A stretch of DNA of 64,000 nucleotides from Leucoraja ocellata (lineage: Eukaryota). The notes beneath the pieces are model-generated. The model had not been told where the DNA came from. It saw only the letters and a program-made list of their open reading frames with translations, and did not search any database. The translations under genes and the position numbers were made by a program. The stretch covers positions 124,001-188,000 of the forward strand of contig JAWMAR010000611.1 in assembly GCA_036785375.1 (NCBI GenBank). Reading direction: 5' to 3'. Shown piece by piece: positions 49,901 to 62,946 of this stretch; position 1 is the first letter of the stretch; the number at the start of each line of letters is the position of its first letter.

Positions 49901-51768
49901 TTCCACCAGGACGGCAGCAACATCCGCAGCAATATTATACAGGTACCCACAGACCAAATCCTCAGAATGGCAGGAGGGTCATTTAAAAAAAGGGTTTTTC
50001 CACAGGTTGTATAATAAACCAGTTAATTTGGAGCCATCATTGTATTAAGAAAACATTTTAGGTTCAACAAAATATTTTGGCCGATAGGTTACAGGGTTAT
50101 GATTCTCAAATTTTAAAAAATGTTATATATTTTTTTTTTTCGTTATACCACACAACTCTTTGTATAATTGTGTTTTAAAACTACTAATGATGCTCTCTCC
50201 CAATACCCAAGGCAGTTGTGAAGCATGGACTCGTTCCACGGCATGAGGTCACAGAGCTTTGAAATCTTCACGAAGTCACTCACGTGACTCCGAAGTAAAA
50301 TAGTAAGATTAAACGAGAACTTACCAGTTTGAAGTTTGATCTGTATTTTATGAGGAGTTACGATGAGGGATTTCGTGCCCTCCGCTCCCACCCTCTTATG
50401 ATCATATCAAAAACTGGTATCTCTTTGATAATCTTACTATGTTAGATCATTATAGGTTTCTGTGACCTCACACCGCTGCTTTGAAGAATGACACGCATGC
50501 GTGGAAGCGGGGTTCTTCACGAAATCCCTCATCGTAACTCCTCATAAAATACAGATCAAACTTCAAACTGGTAAGTTCTCGTTTAATCTTACTATTATAT
50601 GTGACTTTCCAGCTACCTCTACATGTAGAAGCTCTTTTTCTTTTCAAAAAATAAAACCTGTTGACGTTCAACATGCTATTAATGAATTAAAGGATGATTG
50701 TGGAGCTGGTCCAGCTGGTATTGAGCCTAAATTAACTAAGATAGGAGCTAATATTCTAATGTACCCACTATGCGACCTGTTTAATTTGTCTTTCTCAACT
50801 TGTACCCTCCCTTCCGCATGGAAGTGTGCTAATGTTACTCCACTACATAAGGGAGGCGAACCACACGATATTAACAATTACCGCCCCATCTCAATTATCA
50901 ACTCGGTGGCTAAAATCCTTGAGAAACTAGTGTTCAACCAGCTTTCACATTATGTCTCAACTTTCAACATTCTATCTCCATGCCAGTCTGGGTTCAGACC
51001 TAATCACTCCACAACTACAGCTCTGTTAAAACTCACCAGCAATGTGTTCACTGCTTCTGAGGATGGTAACTCACCGGTGCCATCTTTCTTGATTTAACCA
51101 AGGCCTTTGATGTTGTTGACCACTATCTACTGCTTGATAAACTTTACTCTATTGGTCTTTCTCAAAACAATCTACTGTGGTTTAACTCGTACCTTCATAA
51201 CAGACGCCAATGTGTCACCTTTAATGGAAGTCAATCCAATTTCTTAATTGTTGAGAAGGGGGTCCCGCAAGGTTCGTCCTTGGGACCACTCCTTTTCTCT
51301 ATTTTCATAAACGACCTCCCTAATATCTGTTCTGATTGTCAAACACAACTATATGCCGATGATGCAGTGCTATATACATCTAGTACTAACAAATCAGACA
51401 TTGAAAGATCCCTTCAATTAGATCTTACTTCTGTTCAGAAATGGCTATTATTTAACAAATTAATTTTAAATAAAAATAAATCATGCAGTATGTTATTTGG
51501 TACCAGACAAGGCCTTGGTAATTCTGTAGATTTGACTATATCATTTATTGAAGGATCACCATTAGAACAAGTATTGAACTTCAAATATCTTGGTGTTTGG
51601 CTCGATCCAACGCTTTCATTTACGAAACATAGTGAGACGATTACTAAAAAACTCAGCTGTAATCTAGCTATTCTTTACCGCCATATAAATTGTTTCACCT
51701 TTCAGATGAGAAAAATAATTGTCTCTCAACTACTACTACCAACACTGGATTATGCTGATAATGTCTAA

Positions 51769-53535
51769 TAGTCCCAGCCACCTTCTGAGAAAGCTGCTGA
51801 CTTTCCTCTCCAATCTCTCTACGATGGATATTGGGACTTTGTAGACAAGCAGTGGCCAGAGTATCCTTGGCAGGAAACCATGCCGGTAAATCCATGCCTT
51901 GAACTTTCCGGGAAGCCCCGACCGGTCCACTGCTCTCAACCAACTCTCCAGCTCCTGACAGGTTGCCTGGACAGATGCTGTATCCTTCAGGCTGTTGTTA
52001 AACACCTTGCCAAGACTCTTCACTGGCCTTTTTGAGACAGTTGGGATTGGTGTCCCTTCGATGCTGAAGCGGAACCTGTCCATGACTTTGCCCTTCTTCA
52101 GCACCAGTCACCTTGATATTCCTGGCTTAAACCTCATCCTTGCCCATCCAATCAGCTTCTCCAACCCCTGCAGGATCCACCTGCCTCCTGGCACTGACTC
52201 AGTGGTGACAGTCAGGTCGTCCATGAAGGCTCTGATTGGTGGTTGGCGCATTCCTGACTTGGTCCGAGGGCCCCGGCACTCTGGCTCAGCAGACTTGACC
52301 ATCATGTTCATCGCCAAGGCAACAAGGATCACAGAGATGGTACAGCCTGTGATGATCCCAACCTCCAGTCTGTGCCACTGATGTTACTGACCCTAATGAG
52401 ACTCTCATGCTGTACTGGTTGTAATAGTCCAGGATGAGATCTGCCACTTGGCCCGCAGGGCACGTGATGCTTGGCCATGACTGTCTGGATCAGCTTGTGC
52501 GGGATGGAGCCGTAGGAGTTGGCCAGGTCAAGCCAGAGCACTGTCAGGTCTCCCTTGTTCTCCCTGGCTTCTCTGATGAGCTGGGTCACCACTCCCGTGT
52601 GCTCTAGACACCCCGGCACTCCAGACAAGCCTCCCTTTTGCACTGAGCTGTCGATGTAGCCATTGCTGAAGAGGAAGTTGGTCAGCCACCTCGCCACTAT
52701 GCTGAAGAAGCTCTTGCCTTCAACACTTAGCAAGGAGATGATTCTGAACTGATCGATCTTCTTGGAATCTTCTTCCTTTGGGATCCAGACTCCTTCAGCT
52801 AATCGCTACTGCTGCGCCACTTTTCCTCTCCTCCAGATGATTTTCAGGATCTTCCACAGCCGTTTCAGTAACAAGGGGCAGTTCTTGTAGACCCTGTAGG
52901 GAACTCTGCTCGGCCAGGGGCTGAGCCAGCTCTTGCTTTCTTCACAACGTCCTGGACCTCTTTCAGGAGTGGCTCCCTACTATCAAACTCCTTGATGGGT
53001 GGAGGTGGTTTTTATCAGGATGTTGCACTGGCCCAGCTCCTGCTGCCTGACGGGGTCACTGTAGGTCGTCTGGATGTGCCGGTCGATCTCCTCCTTAGAG
53101 CAAGCCAAACTCCCACTGCGCTTCTGCCCGAGTAGTTGTTTGGTGAAGCCGAAGGGGTTGGCTATGAAGGATGCTCCTCGCTTCCTGGCTCTTTCCTTCC
53201 GGCGTCTTCGGTGCCACTCAGCTCTACAGAGGGTCATCAGCTTCTTACTCAGGATAGTTCACAGCTCAGCCAAGGGGGGACGTTGCTCTTCACTGGCCTC
53301 TTTATTCTGCTTCTTGAGGGACTTCAGCTCCTGCTGGATCTTGTGGATCTTTGTTGCTCGTTGGTTCATGGTGAAAGGTGTTCTGGCCGGCTTCTTCTCC
53401 ACTGCTCCAAACCTTTCCACAGCTAGGCTGATGATGATTGTCGTCATCGCCCACAGCCTTCCGTCCACGTCTCCCTTCACAGTTGCTTCAAGCACCTTGT
53501 CGACCTCCTCGTCAAACTGATGCCAGACTGATCCT
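51769..53535 (-). mobile_element. HERO/NeSL-type element RT part, 5'-truncated
   Basis: FIANPFGF, VQKGG..GVPGCLEH, LWLDLANSYGSIPH, RAFMDDLTV, LPGKFKAWIY, RRWLGL. Confidence 0.88.
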
Positions 53536-55183
53536 GAACTGCCAAAAGAATAAAACTGGGAAGGCGGCTTAACCGTGGCTGAGGAGGGAAGACAATGATT
53601 GGGTTAAATCCAAAGTAGAGGCATATAAATTGGCCAGAAGAAGCGGCAAATCAGGGGGCTGGGAGAAATTTGGAACTCCAACAGAGGAGGACAAAGGGGT
53701 TAACTAAGAGGGGGAAGAGCATGAAAGAAAGCTTGCGGGGAATATAAAAACTGACTGTCAACATTTATTTAGGGATGTAAAAAGAAATAGATTAGCGAAT
53801 GCAGGTCCCCTACAGTCAATGACAGGTGAATATATAATGGGGAAAAAAATAAATCGCAGAGCAGTTAAATGAGTACTTCGATTCTGTCCTCACTAAGGAA
53901 GGCACAAACAATCTCCCAGAAATACTAGGGGACCGAGGATCTAGTGGGAGGGAGCATCTGAAGGGAATCCACATTAGTCAGAAAATGGTGTTAGGTAAAC
54001 TGTTGGGACTGAAGGCAGATAAATCCCCAGGGCCTGATGGTCTGCGTCCTAGACTCCTCAAGAAGGTGACCCTAGGATGTATTAGTGATCATTTTTCTTT
54101 GTTCTCTCGACTCTGGATTAGTTCCTGTGGACTGGAGAGTAGCCAATGAAACTCTACTTTTTAAGAAAGGAGGAGAGAGAATAAACGGGGAATTACAGAC
54201 CAGTTAGCCTTACATCGGTAGTGGGGAAGATGCTGGAGTCGAATATTAAAGATGTTATAGCAGCACATGTGGAAAGCAATGACGGGATCAGTCAAAGGCA
54301 GCATGGGGAAACCATGCTTTTCTAATATTTTAGAATTTTTTGAGGATGTAACAGATAGAATGGATAAGGGAGAGCCAGAGGATGTGTTGTATCTGGACTT
54401 ACAGAAAGACTTTGACAAGGTCCAGCAAAAGAGATTAGTGTGCAAAATTAGAGCACATGGTATTGGGGGTAGAGTATTGACATGGATAGAGAACTGGTTG
54501 GTGGACAGGAAGCAAAGAGTAGCAATTAACGGGTCGTTTTCAGAATGACAGGCAGTGACTAGTGGGGTGACGAAAGGCTCGGTGCTGGGACCCTGATTGT
54601 TCTCAATATATATCAATGATTTAGACGAGGGAATTAAATGTAACCTCTCTAAGTTTGCGGGTGATACAAAGCTAGATGGCAGTGTGGGATGCAAGGAAGA
54701 TGTTATGTGGCTACTGGGCTTATAGCATCTTGTACAGGTTGGGTGAGTGGGCAGAAGCATGGCAGATGCAGCATAATGTGGATAAATGTGAGGTTATCCA
54801 CTTTGGTGGCAAGAACAGGAAGGCAGATTATTTTCGGAATGGTGTCAGATTAGGAGAATGGGAGGTGCAATGAGACCCAGGTGTGCTTGTACATCAGTCA
54901 CTGAAAGTAAGCATGCAGGCACAGCAGGCAGTAAAGAAAGCAAATGGCATGTTGGCCTTCATAGCGAAAGGATTTGCGTTTAGGAGCAAGGAGGTCCAAC
55001 TGCAGTTGTACAGAGCCCTGGTGAGACCGCACCTGGAGTATTGTGTGCAATTTTCGTCTCCTAATTTGAGGAATGACATTCATGCCATTGAGGGAGTGCA
55101 GCGTAGGTTCACCAGGTTAAATCCCGAGATGGCGGAACTGACGTATGATGAAAGAAGGGGTCAACTGGACTTGTATTCACTGT

Positions 55184-55945
55184 AATACAAGATACAAGAT
55201 TCAATTTAATTGTCATTTGGACCCCTTGAGGTCCAAACGAAATGCCGTTTCTGCAGCCATACATTACAAACATTACAAATAGACCCAAGACGCAACATAA
55301 TTTACATAAACATCCATCACATCGCTGTGATGGAAGGCCAAAAAACTTATCTCTCCACTGCACTCCCCCCCCCCCCCCCCCCCGATGTCAGAGTCAAAGC
55401 CCCCGGCTGGCGATGGCGATTGTCCCGCGGCCATTAAAGCCACGCCGGGTGGTGCAAGGCGACTTCTCCCGCAACTTGGGCGGGAGAAGTCGCCGTTGCG
55501 AGAGCCCTGAAAAGCGGTCTCCCTCCAGGGACCCGCGGGCTCCCGGTGCCGCCGTCCACCAGACCTGCAGTTGAAGCCTCCGAATCTCCGGAGGCCGGGA
55601 CGCAGCAGTAGCAGTGCTCCTCCACCGCTCCACCCGCTCCGGACTCGGCCAGCCCCGCCACGGTGACGGTGAGTCGTCGGCACCAGAGTCCCCGGTCTTC
55701 TCCTGTTGGAGGCCGCACCTCGTTGCAGCCCCAACGACAACGGAGACCCGACAAGAAAAGGTCGGGTCTCCCGAGCAGGGAGAGATTTAAAAGTTTCCCC
55801 CTCCCTCCCACCCCACCCCCACTCCCCCACACACACACACCCCAACAAAAAATAACAAAAACTACACAGAAACATAGACAAAAATAATAAAAACGCGGAC
55901 GGGCTGCAGAGGCCGCTGCTGACGAGAGTCGCGCCGTCTACCGGA
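55184..55945 (-). mobile_element. GC-rich non-autonomous retroelement inserted in CR1
   Basis: GC-rich body with a (TATCTTG)n tail; the CR1 frame resumes after it. Confidence 0.55.
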
Positions 55946-58184
55946 TTTAGAAGGATGAGAGGATATCATGTAGAAACATATAAAATTCTTAGAGCATTGG
56001 ACAGGGTAGGTGCACGCATAATGTCCCGATGTTGGGGGTGTCCAGAACTAGGGGTCACAGTTTAAGATTTTAAGGGATAGGCCATTTTGGACTGAGATGA
56101 GGAAAACCTTTTTCACCCAGAGAGATGTGAATCTGTGGAATTCTCTGCCACAGAAGGCAGTGGAGGCCAATTCACTGGACGTTTTCAATAGAGTTAGATT
56201 TAGCTCTTAGGGCTAACGGACTCAATGGATATGGGGAGAAAGCAGGAACGGGGTACTGATTTTGGATGATCGGCCATGATCGTATTGAGTGGCAGTGCTG
56301 GCTCGAAGGGCCGAATGGCCTACTCCTGCACCTATTTTCTATTTTTCTAACGAGTAATCTGAGATCGAACGGCCAACTCATGCGATCTATCTGTTAACCT
56401 TTTGTCCTCCTATGTTATATCAAATCCATTTTAACTCGCTGCCGTATCGATCAGGTTCCCCGTGTCTTCTCCAAGACTACATGTCCATTAAATCAGTGGG
56501 GAAAACTAAATTAACTTTATTAATGCCTCACACTTTCCTCTAATTGTTTGTGTTTATGTGGCTCTTCAGAGATAGTCCTTATTATCATAAGAATGCGCAT
56601 TGAATAAATGATAAAATGATTAATAGCATAAGAAAGGAATGCATTTCAGATTCTGCTGAATCAGAATATCCCCCCTCTTCTACATTTTCTGTGGCGAAAT
56701 GGTGAATGATCGGCAAGAGCCCTCCATGTAACTGAAAGGAAACACCTTTGTCGGCCGTGCTGCTAAATTAATCAGGCACTTTCAGTCTGTTGCTCAAACA
56801 ATAAAAATTCTGATGGTTAATAACAACTAACAAAATATAAAAAACTACCTCGCAATCTATATCTCGCAAACTTCCAGCTACCAATCGTATTGGTTACATG
56901 CTGCATCATTTCGATTAAATTGTCAGGAGTATCCATTGTGATCATGTAAATCCCAGCTACTGTGTTTGGTTGGGATTAGCTTTCACGTTTACAGTGGGCA
57001 TCAATGTGTCTTGGATTCTGTATGGAATCTGTTTAGAGATGATCTGACACAGGGTTATCAGGTAGTTCATATAGTGGGTATGATTGTTAGTCACACACCA
57101 CACAGTTAGTGACCTGAGTAAAAATGAGCAAAATACCGAATGGATGTTCATTATCTTCCAGTTTAGCGAAGGCCAGAGGTGTCCACATTGTTTCCCTTTG
57201 CACACTGAAGCCGTGATATTCTTTATGTTTGCATACAGTCTAATAAAATCGCACAGCAGACCTCATCTAGGTAGTGCACAATGTGTCACCATGTTTCTGG
57301 CACCGAGAATGTTACAAAATGTATATTGAACAGACATCGATGGCACGTCAGTCAAAAGTCAATTTCTTTGCACCGATAGAATCCGTCTTTGATTTAACCA
57401 TTTAATCACAGCTAAGCATTATCGGTATATCAGCTGGAGTCACTCCGCGGGCAATGACACCTCTAGTAAATACATGGTTATCTCCATAAACCTTGTTCGT
57501 TCCAATTCTACAAGAGCAGGGGGATGTACTACTAATATTCTGAGCAAAGCCCTCGCAACTGTTTTTCGGACAAATATTATAGGGGAGGGTAACCCTTGAC
57601 GAGGCTCAATGACAAAGTTCACTTGACTCTCTCCCATGAAATGCACTGGGACAAATGCAGCATTGGTTGGATGTGGAGATGAGATCCCTCAATTCGTTAT
57701 GAAACGCACGGAGCGTGTATTTAGTGATGCTCCTGCTCATGTCCTAATCTGCACACTGCCGCACAGTTGCACAGATCCAGGTTCGATCCTTACCTCGGGA
57801 GCTGTATGTGTGGAGGATGCAACCGTGTAGATTTTCTCCGGGGGCTCCGGTTTCCTACCTCATCCCAAAGATATATACGGATCTGGATCACAGCAATGGG
57901 CTGTGTATTATTGCCTTTTATATGTTCGATGTGGATAAGAAAGTGGGATAACAATACACTAGTGTGAACGGCAGGTCGATGTTCGCCATGGACTCGTTAG
58001 GCACAAGGGCCTGTATCCATGCGGCATCTCAAAAATTACAATTAAATATATTCACAAGGATAAATACCCAAAGGGGCTATTTCCATTATTTCTCATGGAT
58101 GCTTCTCTTACACTGCTCACTCTTCTACACCCGAAAATATTCTCAGTTCATTGAAAATGTAGATCATGAAGATCGTGTTAATCT

Positions 58185-59290
58185 AATAGAGGCATAGAAA
58201 TTGGCCAGAGGAAGCAGCAAACCGGAGGACTGGGAGACATTTAGAATTCAACAGAGGAGGACAAAGGGGGGGAAATAGAGCATGAAAGAAAGCTTGCAGA
58301 GAATTTAATAACTGACTGTAAAAACTTTTTAAGATATGTGAAGAGGAAGAGATTAGTGAAGGCAAATATAGGTCCGTTACAGTCAGAAACAGGTGAATTT
58401 ATAATGAGAAACATGAAATGGCAGGCGTGTTAAACGAGTACTTTAGTTTTGTCTTCACAAAGGACGACACAAACAATCTCCCCGGAAAAACTATGGGAGC
58501 GGGGATCTACTGGCAGGCCGTGACTAGTGGGGTGCCGCAAGGATCGCTGCTGGGACCCCCATTGTTCACAATATATATTAACGCTTTAGACGATGGAATG
58601 AAATGTAACAATAAGTTTGCAGGTGACACAATGCTGGGTGGCAGTGTGGGCTGCGAGGAAGATTCTATGAGACTGCGGGGTGACGTATAGGTTGGTTGAC
58701 TGGGAAGAAGCATGGCAGTGCTGTATAATGTGGATTAATGTGAGGTTATCCACTTTGGTGGCACAAACAAGAAGGCAGATTATTACCTGAATGGCGTCAA
58801 GATTATGAGAAGGGGAGGTGCAACGAGACCTGGCTGTGCTGAAAGTGAGCATGCAGGTACAGTAAACAGTGAAGAAAGCAAATGGCATGTTGGTCTTCAT
58901 AGTGAGATGATTTGAGTTTAGAGGTTCTACTGCAGTTGTACAGAGCCCTGGTGAGATTGCACCTGGAGTATTGTGTGCCATTTAGATCCCCTAATTTGAG
59001 GAAGGACATTATTGCTATTGAGTGAGTGCAGCGTAGGTTCACCAGGTTAATTCCTGGGATGACAGGACTGACGTATGATGAAAGAAGGCGTAGATTGGAC
59101 TTGAATTTGCTGGAATTTAGTAGGATGAGAGGGCATCTTATACAAACATAAATTATTAGAGCATTGGACAGGGTAGATGCAAGCATGATGGTCCCGATGT
59201 TGGGGGAGTCCAAAACCAGGCTCACTGTTTAAGATTCAGGGATAGGCCATTTAGGAATGAGATGAGGAAAAACGTTTTCACCTAGAGAGT
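58185..59290 (+). mobile_element. CR1 fragments
   Basis: [29 protein letters not shown]. Confidence 0.8.
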
Positions 59291-60175
59291 CAATAGACAA
59301 TAGACAATAGGTGCAGTAGGCCATTCAGCCCTTCGAGCCAGCACCGCCATTCAAAGTGATCATGGCTGATCATCCCCAATCAGCACCCCGTTCCTGCCTT
59401 CTCCCCATATCCCCTGACTCCGCTATTTTTAAGAGCCCTCTCTCTTGAAAGCATCCAGAGAACCCGCCTCCACCGCGCTCTGAGGCAGAGAATTCCACAG
59501 ACTCACCACTCTCTGTGAGAAAAAGTGTTTCCTCGTCTCCGTTCTAAATGGCTTACTCATTCTTAAACTGTGGCCCCTGGACTCCGGACTCCCCCAACAT
59601 CAGGAACATGTTTCCTGCCTTTAGCGTGTCCAAACCCTTAACAATCTTATATGTTTCAATGAGATATCTTCTCATCCTTCTAAACTCCAGAGTGTACAAG
59701 CCCAGCTGCTCCATTCTCTCAGCATATGACAATCTCGCCATCCCAGGAATTACCTTGTAAACCTACGTTGCACTCCCTCAATAGCAAGAATGTCATTCCT
59801 CAAATTAGGGGACCAAAACTGCACACAATGCTCCATGTGTGGTCTCACTAGGGCTCTGTACAACTGCAGAAGGACCTCTTTGCTCCAATATTCGATTCCT
59901 CTTGTTATTAAGGCCAACATGCCATTTGTTTTCTTCACTGCCTGCTGTACCTGCATGCTTACTTTCATAGGCTGATGTACAAAGACCCCCGATCCCATTG
60001 TACTTCCCCTTTTCCCAACTTGACGCCAATTAGATAGTAATTTGCCTTCCTGTTTTTGCTACCAAAGTGAATAACCTCACATTTATCCGCTTTAAACTTA
60101 ATCTGCCATGCATCTGCCCACTCACCCAACCTGTCCAAGTCACCTTGCATTCTCATAGCATCCTCCTCAGTTCAC
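59291..60175 (-). mobile_element. CR1 3' portion
   Basis: LYRALVRPHMEHCVQFWSP; (TATTGTC)n tail. Confidence 0.85.
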
Positions 60176-60809
60176 ACCAAAGATTATAGAGGAGCAAGAT
60201 AAACCACTCGACGAAAAAGCTGTAGTACGGTCATAGGCTCATGGGTAATTTTTTGCGCGCCATTTTGAGAATCATATATATGAGCGTTTTATTTAAATGG
60301 GCTTCTATCATGGCGTCCACATCTACCAGCGTAGCGAGCTGTTCTGCTATAGTAAATGTAAGTGATTCGAGCACATTATAGCAGTCTTTCTTCAGATTCC
60401 CCACTAAAGACAAAAGGTAAGAAAAAAATTATAACTTTCTGTCTTGAGGCCGATCTCTTCCTATAGCTCAGATCGCGGAGCCGGGGGTCGCCAGAAGAAT
60501 TGCTCTGATCGCTGGCCCGCGGACTATAACACCCTGAAGCCGCGGTGTGTGGAGCTTCTAGTCGCGGGGGCAGCGTGCACTTTTTCTCGCGGAGTCTAGG
60601 ATCCCTCGCCGGAGAAAAGCTCCGATCGCCAGCCCACGGCCTATAACATCATGAAGCCCCGGTCTCCAGTAGGAAGCGGCCAATTCGGGACCTCCTAGCC
60701 GCGGAGATCCCGAATCGGCTTGTGTTTAAGCAGGTTTGAAATAGTGTTTAAAATACAGGATAAATGGTGTTAAATATTCACAACGTACACGGATTAATGG
60801 TGTTTAAAA

Positions 60810-61540
60810 TCTATATTACTAAATCTCTGATCTTGACCGCTTTTGGCCAACTGTGCTGCGATTTCTGAGAGAACGCCGCCACCTACGGCCGTCATTTTTG
60901 GCCACCTCGCTCAGAGCCCCGCTCTGCCATATGAGTGCGGAGGATTTTTTCCGTCGATGAAAAATGAGAGAGATATTAATGTTTTTACAAAATTCCCCAT
61001 TCTCTCTGCTGCCCCCGCTGGCGTGTCGTGCCTCATTCAGTCTCTGCCAGACCAGGAAGCAAGATGGTCACGGCTCTCTGAGCTGCGAATAACACTGAAT
61101 GCAAGTCTACTCCACGGTGAGTCCCCTCGATGCGACTTTAAAGTGGCTGCAGCCTTTTTTAACAAGTTTGTGTTCGCAAAATGAATTTTGGTTGTCGTGT
61201 GTCTGCAGCCCAATTGTTTGCCTCGCCTTTTTGACAAGTTTGTGTTCACAAAATGAATTTTGGTTGTCGGGTGTCTGCAGCCCAATTGTTTGCCTTGGCT
61301 TGGCTTTTAAAATCGTTGCAACAGTTGGATGCCTGCTCAAGCATCCATACGGCCCACAATGTCTATACTAGCCCTCTGGAAACCAGTGCCTTCGGCCCGC
61401 AACACCTAACATACTAGCGCAACAGACAGCCCCACCCCCCCCACTGGCGAGCAGTATTGGAATTGGTGGAGAGGTGGAATATTGCGTTGGTGACCAGCCC
61501 TCCCGTGTGATGCTGGGACCCAACGGGTCCCACAGTCTGG
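60810..61540 (+). mobile_element. Non-autonomous Helitron
   Basis: 5' TC (TCTATATTACTAAA); 3' hairpin TGGGACCC-AAC-GGGTCCCA then CTGG (CTRR); inserted between A and T with no TSD; internal 72-bp duplication. Confidence 0.85.
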
Positions 61541-62946
61541 TACATGATAAATGGTGTTGTAGGGAACAACGACAAGCCACGAGGAACACACATTAACGCC
61601 TTAATTTCCTTCCCAATTTATGATGACCGTAACATATATCATTCTATTCTTATGATCCTGACAATGTATTATATTATATAAGACATTTTTTGGTACATGA
61701 GCAAGTTATTAGAAAGTCTTCTTTTATAGATATAGACTTAGCACAATAACAAAGGTAGACAAAAATGCTCTAGCTCCATAAGAATTTCTCCAGCATTTTT
61801 GTCTACCTTCGATTTTCCAGCATCTGCAGTTCATATTAAACAATAATAAGGGTATCAATTTTTACACTGCTGTACATTTTTGGTTTTGTTCTTGTCGTAA
61901 GGCAGGCATGGTATTGTAAGCTCTTCTACATTTAAGTTAAATCAAGTCAAATCAAGCCAAGAGAGTTTATTGTCATGTGTCCCAGATAGGACAATGAAAT
62001 TCTTGCTTTGCTTCAGCACAACAAAACATAGGAGGCATGAATACAGACTTTATTCAGTAGGCATAAATTGACCTACTAGAGGAAAAATGCATCTTCAATA
62101 TACATGTGTCTCCCCATCCCTGAAAACAATTGCATTTAAGTGACATATCATCCATTCTGCAGTTATGTAGTTATAATCAGATTTGTTCTTATGTTAATTC
62201 TATATGATATGTTACTGTAATTTCAGATGTTGACAGTGGGTCCAGAATACTCGTTGATAAGATCTCCTACAGCGAACTATGGAGTACTTGTCAAAGAACT
62301 GCCGTCTTTGTTCTGAACACTCTGTATATCTCACACATAAAACAATAAATTATGTAAATCTTACCATAAATGACAGAAATAAAAAGTGTTATCCTTGTTT
62401 ATGAATTTTGTTGTAGAATTATTTAAAATTGAGTGGCTTGATGCAATATACTGCTAACCCACAAATGTTTAGTTATGAGATATTCACATTTAAAAACTCA
62501 CTCAGAGTTCGGGTGGCTGCCGGGCCCGGACAGTGGAACCGCAGCTAGACCCGGGGCTCGCAGGTGACCTGGGAACCGCAGCTAGACCCGGGGCTCGCAG
62601 GTGACCTGGGAACTACAGCTAGTCCAGGAGGGTCCTGGCCCCTGTGCAAAAAAGGCTGCGGACCCCTGGACTAAACCAAACCCTCGATCCTGGCCCGCCA
62701 TCCTTTTTTCAAAATTTAGCAACTCAAATGGTGGTGCGTCTTCATTGCCGGGAAATAGGGTAACTCATTTCCCTCAAATATATGTAAATTTCCCTCAAAT
62801 ATATGTTAAATTAAAAACTAAACTATGGTAGCAATGCACAGTTTTCATGTCTAATGCTCGTACTTCTGCATCAATGTAGGTATGTATACACTATATTACT
62901 TTACTAATATAGAATGAAAAAATATCTTGGCATGTGTTCATTTATA

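Larger units (their letters stand above)
45737..50594 (+). mobile_element. DIRS1-like tyrosine-recombinase retrotransposon, termini intact, ORFs decayed
   Basis: 32-bp ITR at 45763-45794 and 50492-50523. Internal complementary region 50266-50377 matches both termini. YR remnant HSTRTAATS...ILRMAG...F..LYNKP near 49890-50020. No TSD. Confidence 0.92.
45655..51768 (+). mobile_element. L2/Crack-group LINE RT fragment (45655-45736 plus 50595-51768), split by DIRS
   Basis: ISNAFNQHFSTV...NNYRPISI, QSGFRPNHSTTTAL, GVPQGSSLGPLLF, YADDAVLY, LDYAD. Removing the DIRS restores the frame (GAC TCA TCT ATT ATA TGT GAC). Confidence 0.85.
43670..56350 (+). mobile_element. Fragmented CR1 hosting nested insertions (APE 43670-44258; linker/RT 53545-55183; 3' end 55945-56350)
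   Basis: Colinear CR1 motifs (IMSDFN, EEPTRG, DHNMVEF; KSPGPDG; FDKV; [10 protein letters not shown]) on both sides of the inserts. Confidence 0.7.

Noticed and set aside
56350-57750. Unique non-repeat stretch with short ORFs
   Set aside because: No recognisable domain, splice structure or motif.
62221-62350. Acceptor, short frame (…SELWSTCQRTAVFVL…) and AATAAA, faintly like an Ig TM exon
   Set aside because: No hydrophobic span or CART residues, and no upstream exons found.
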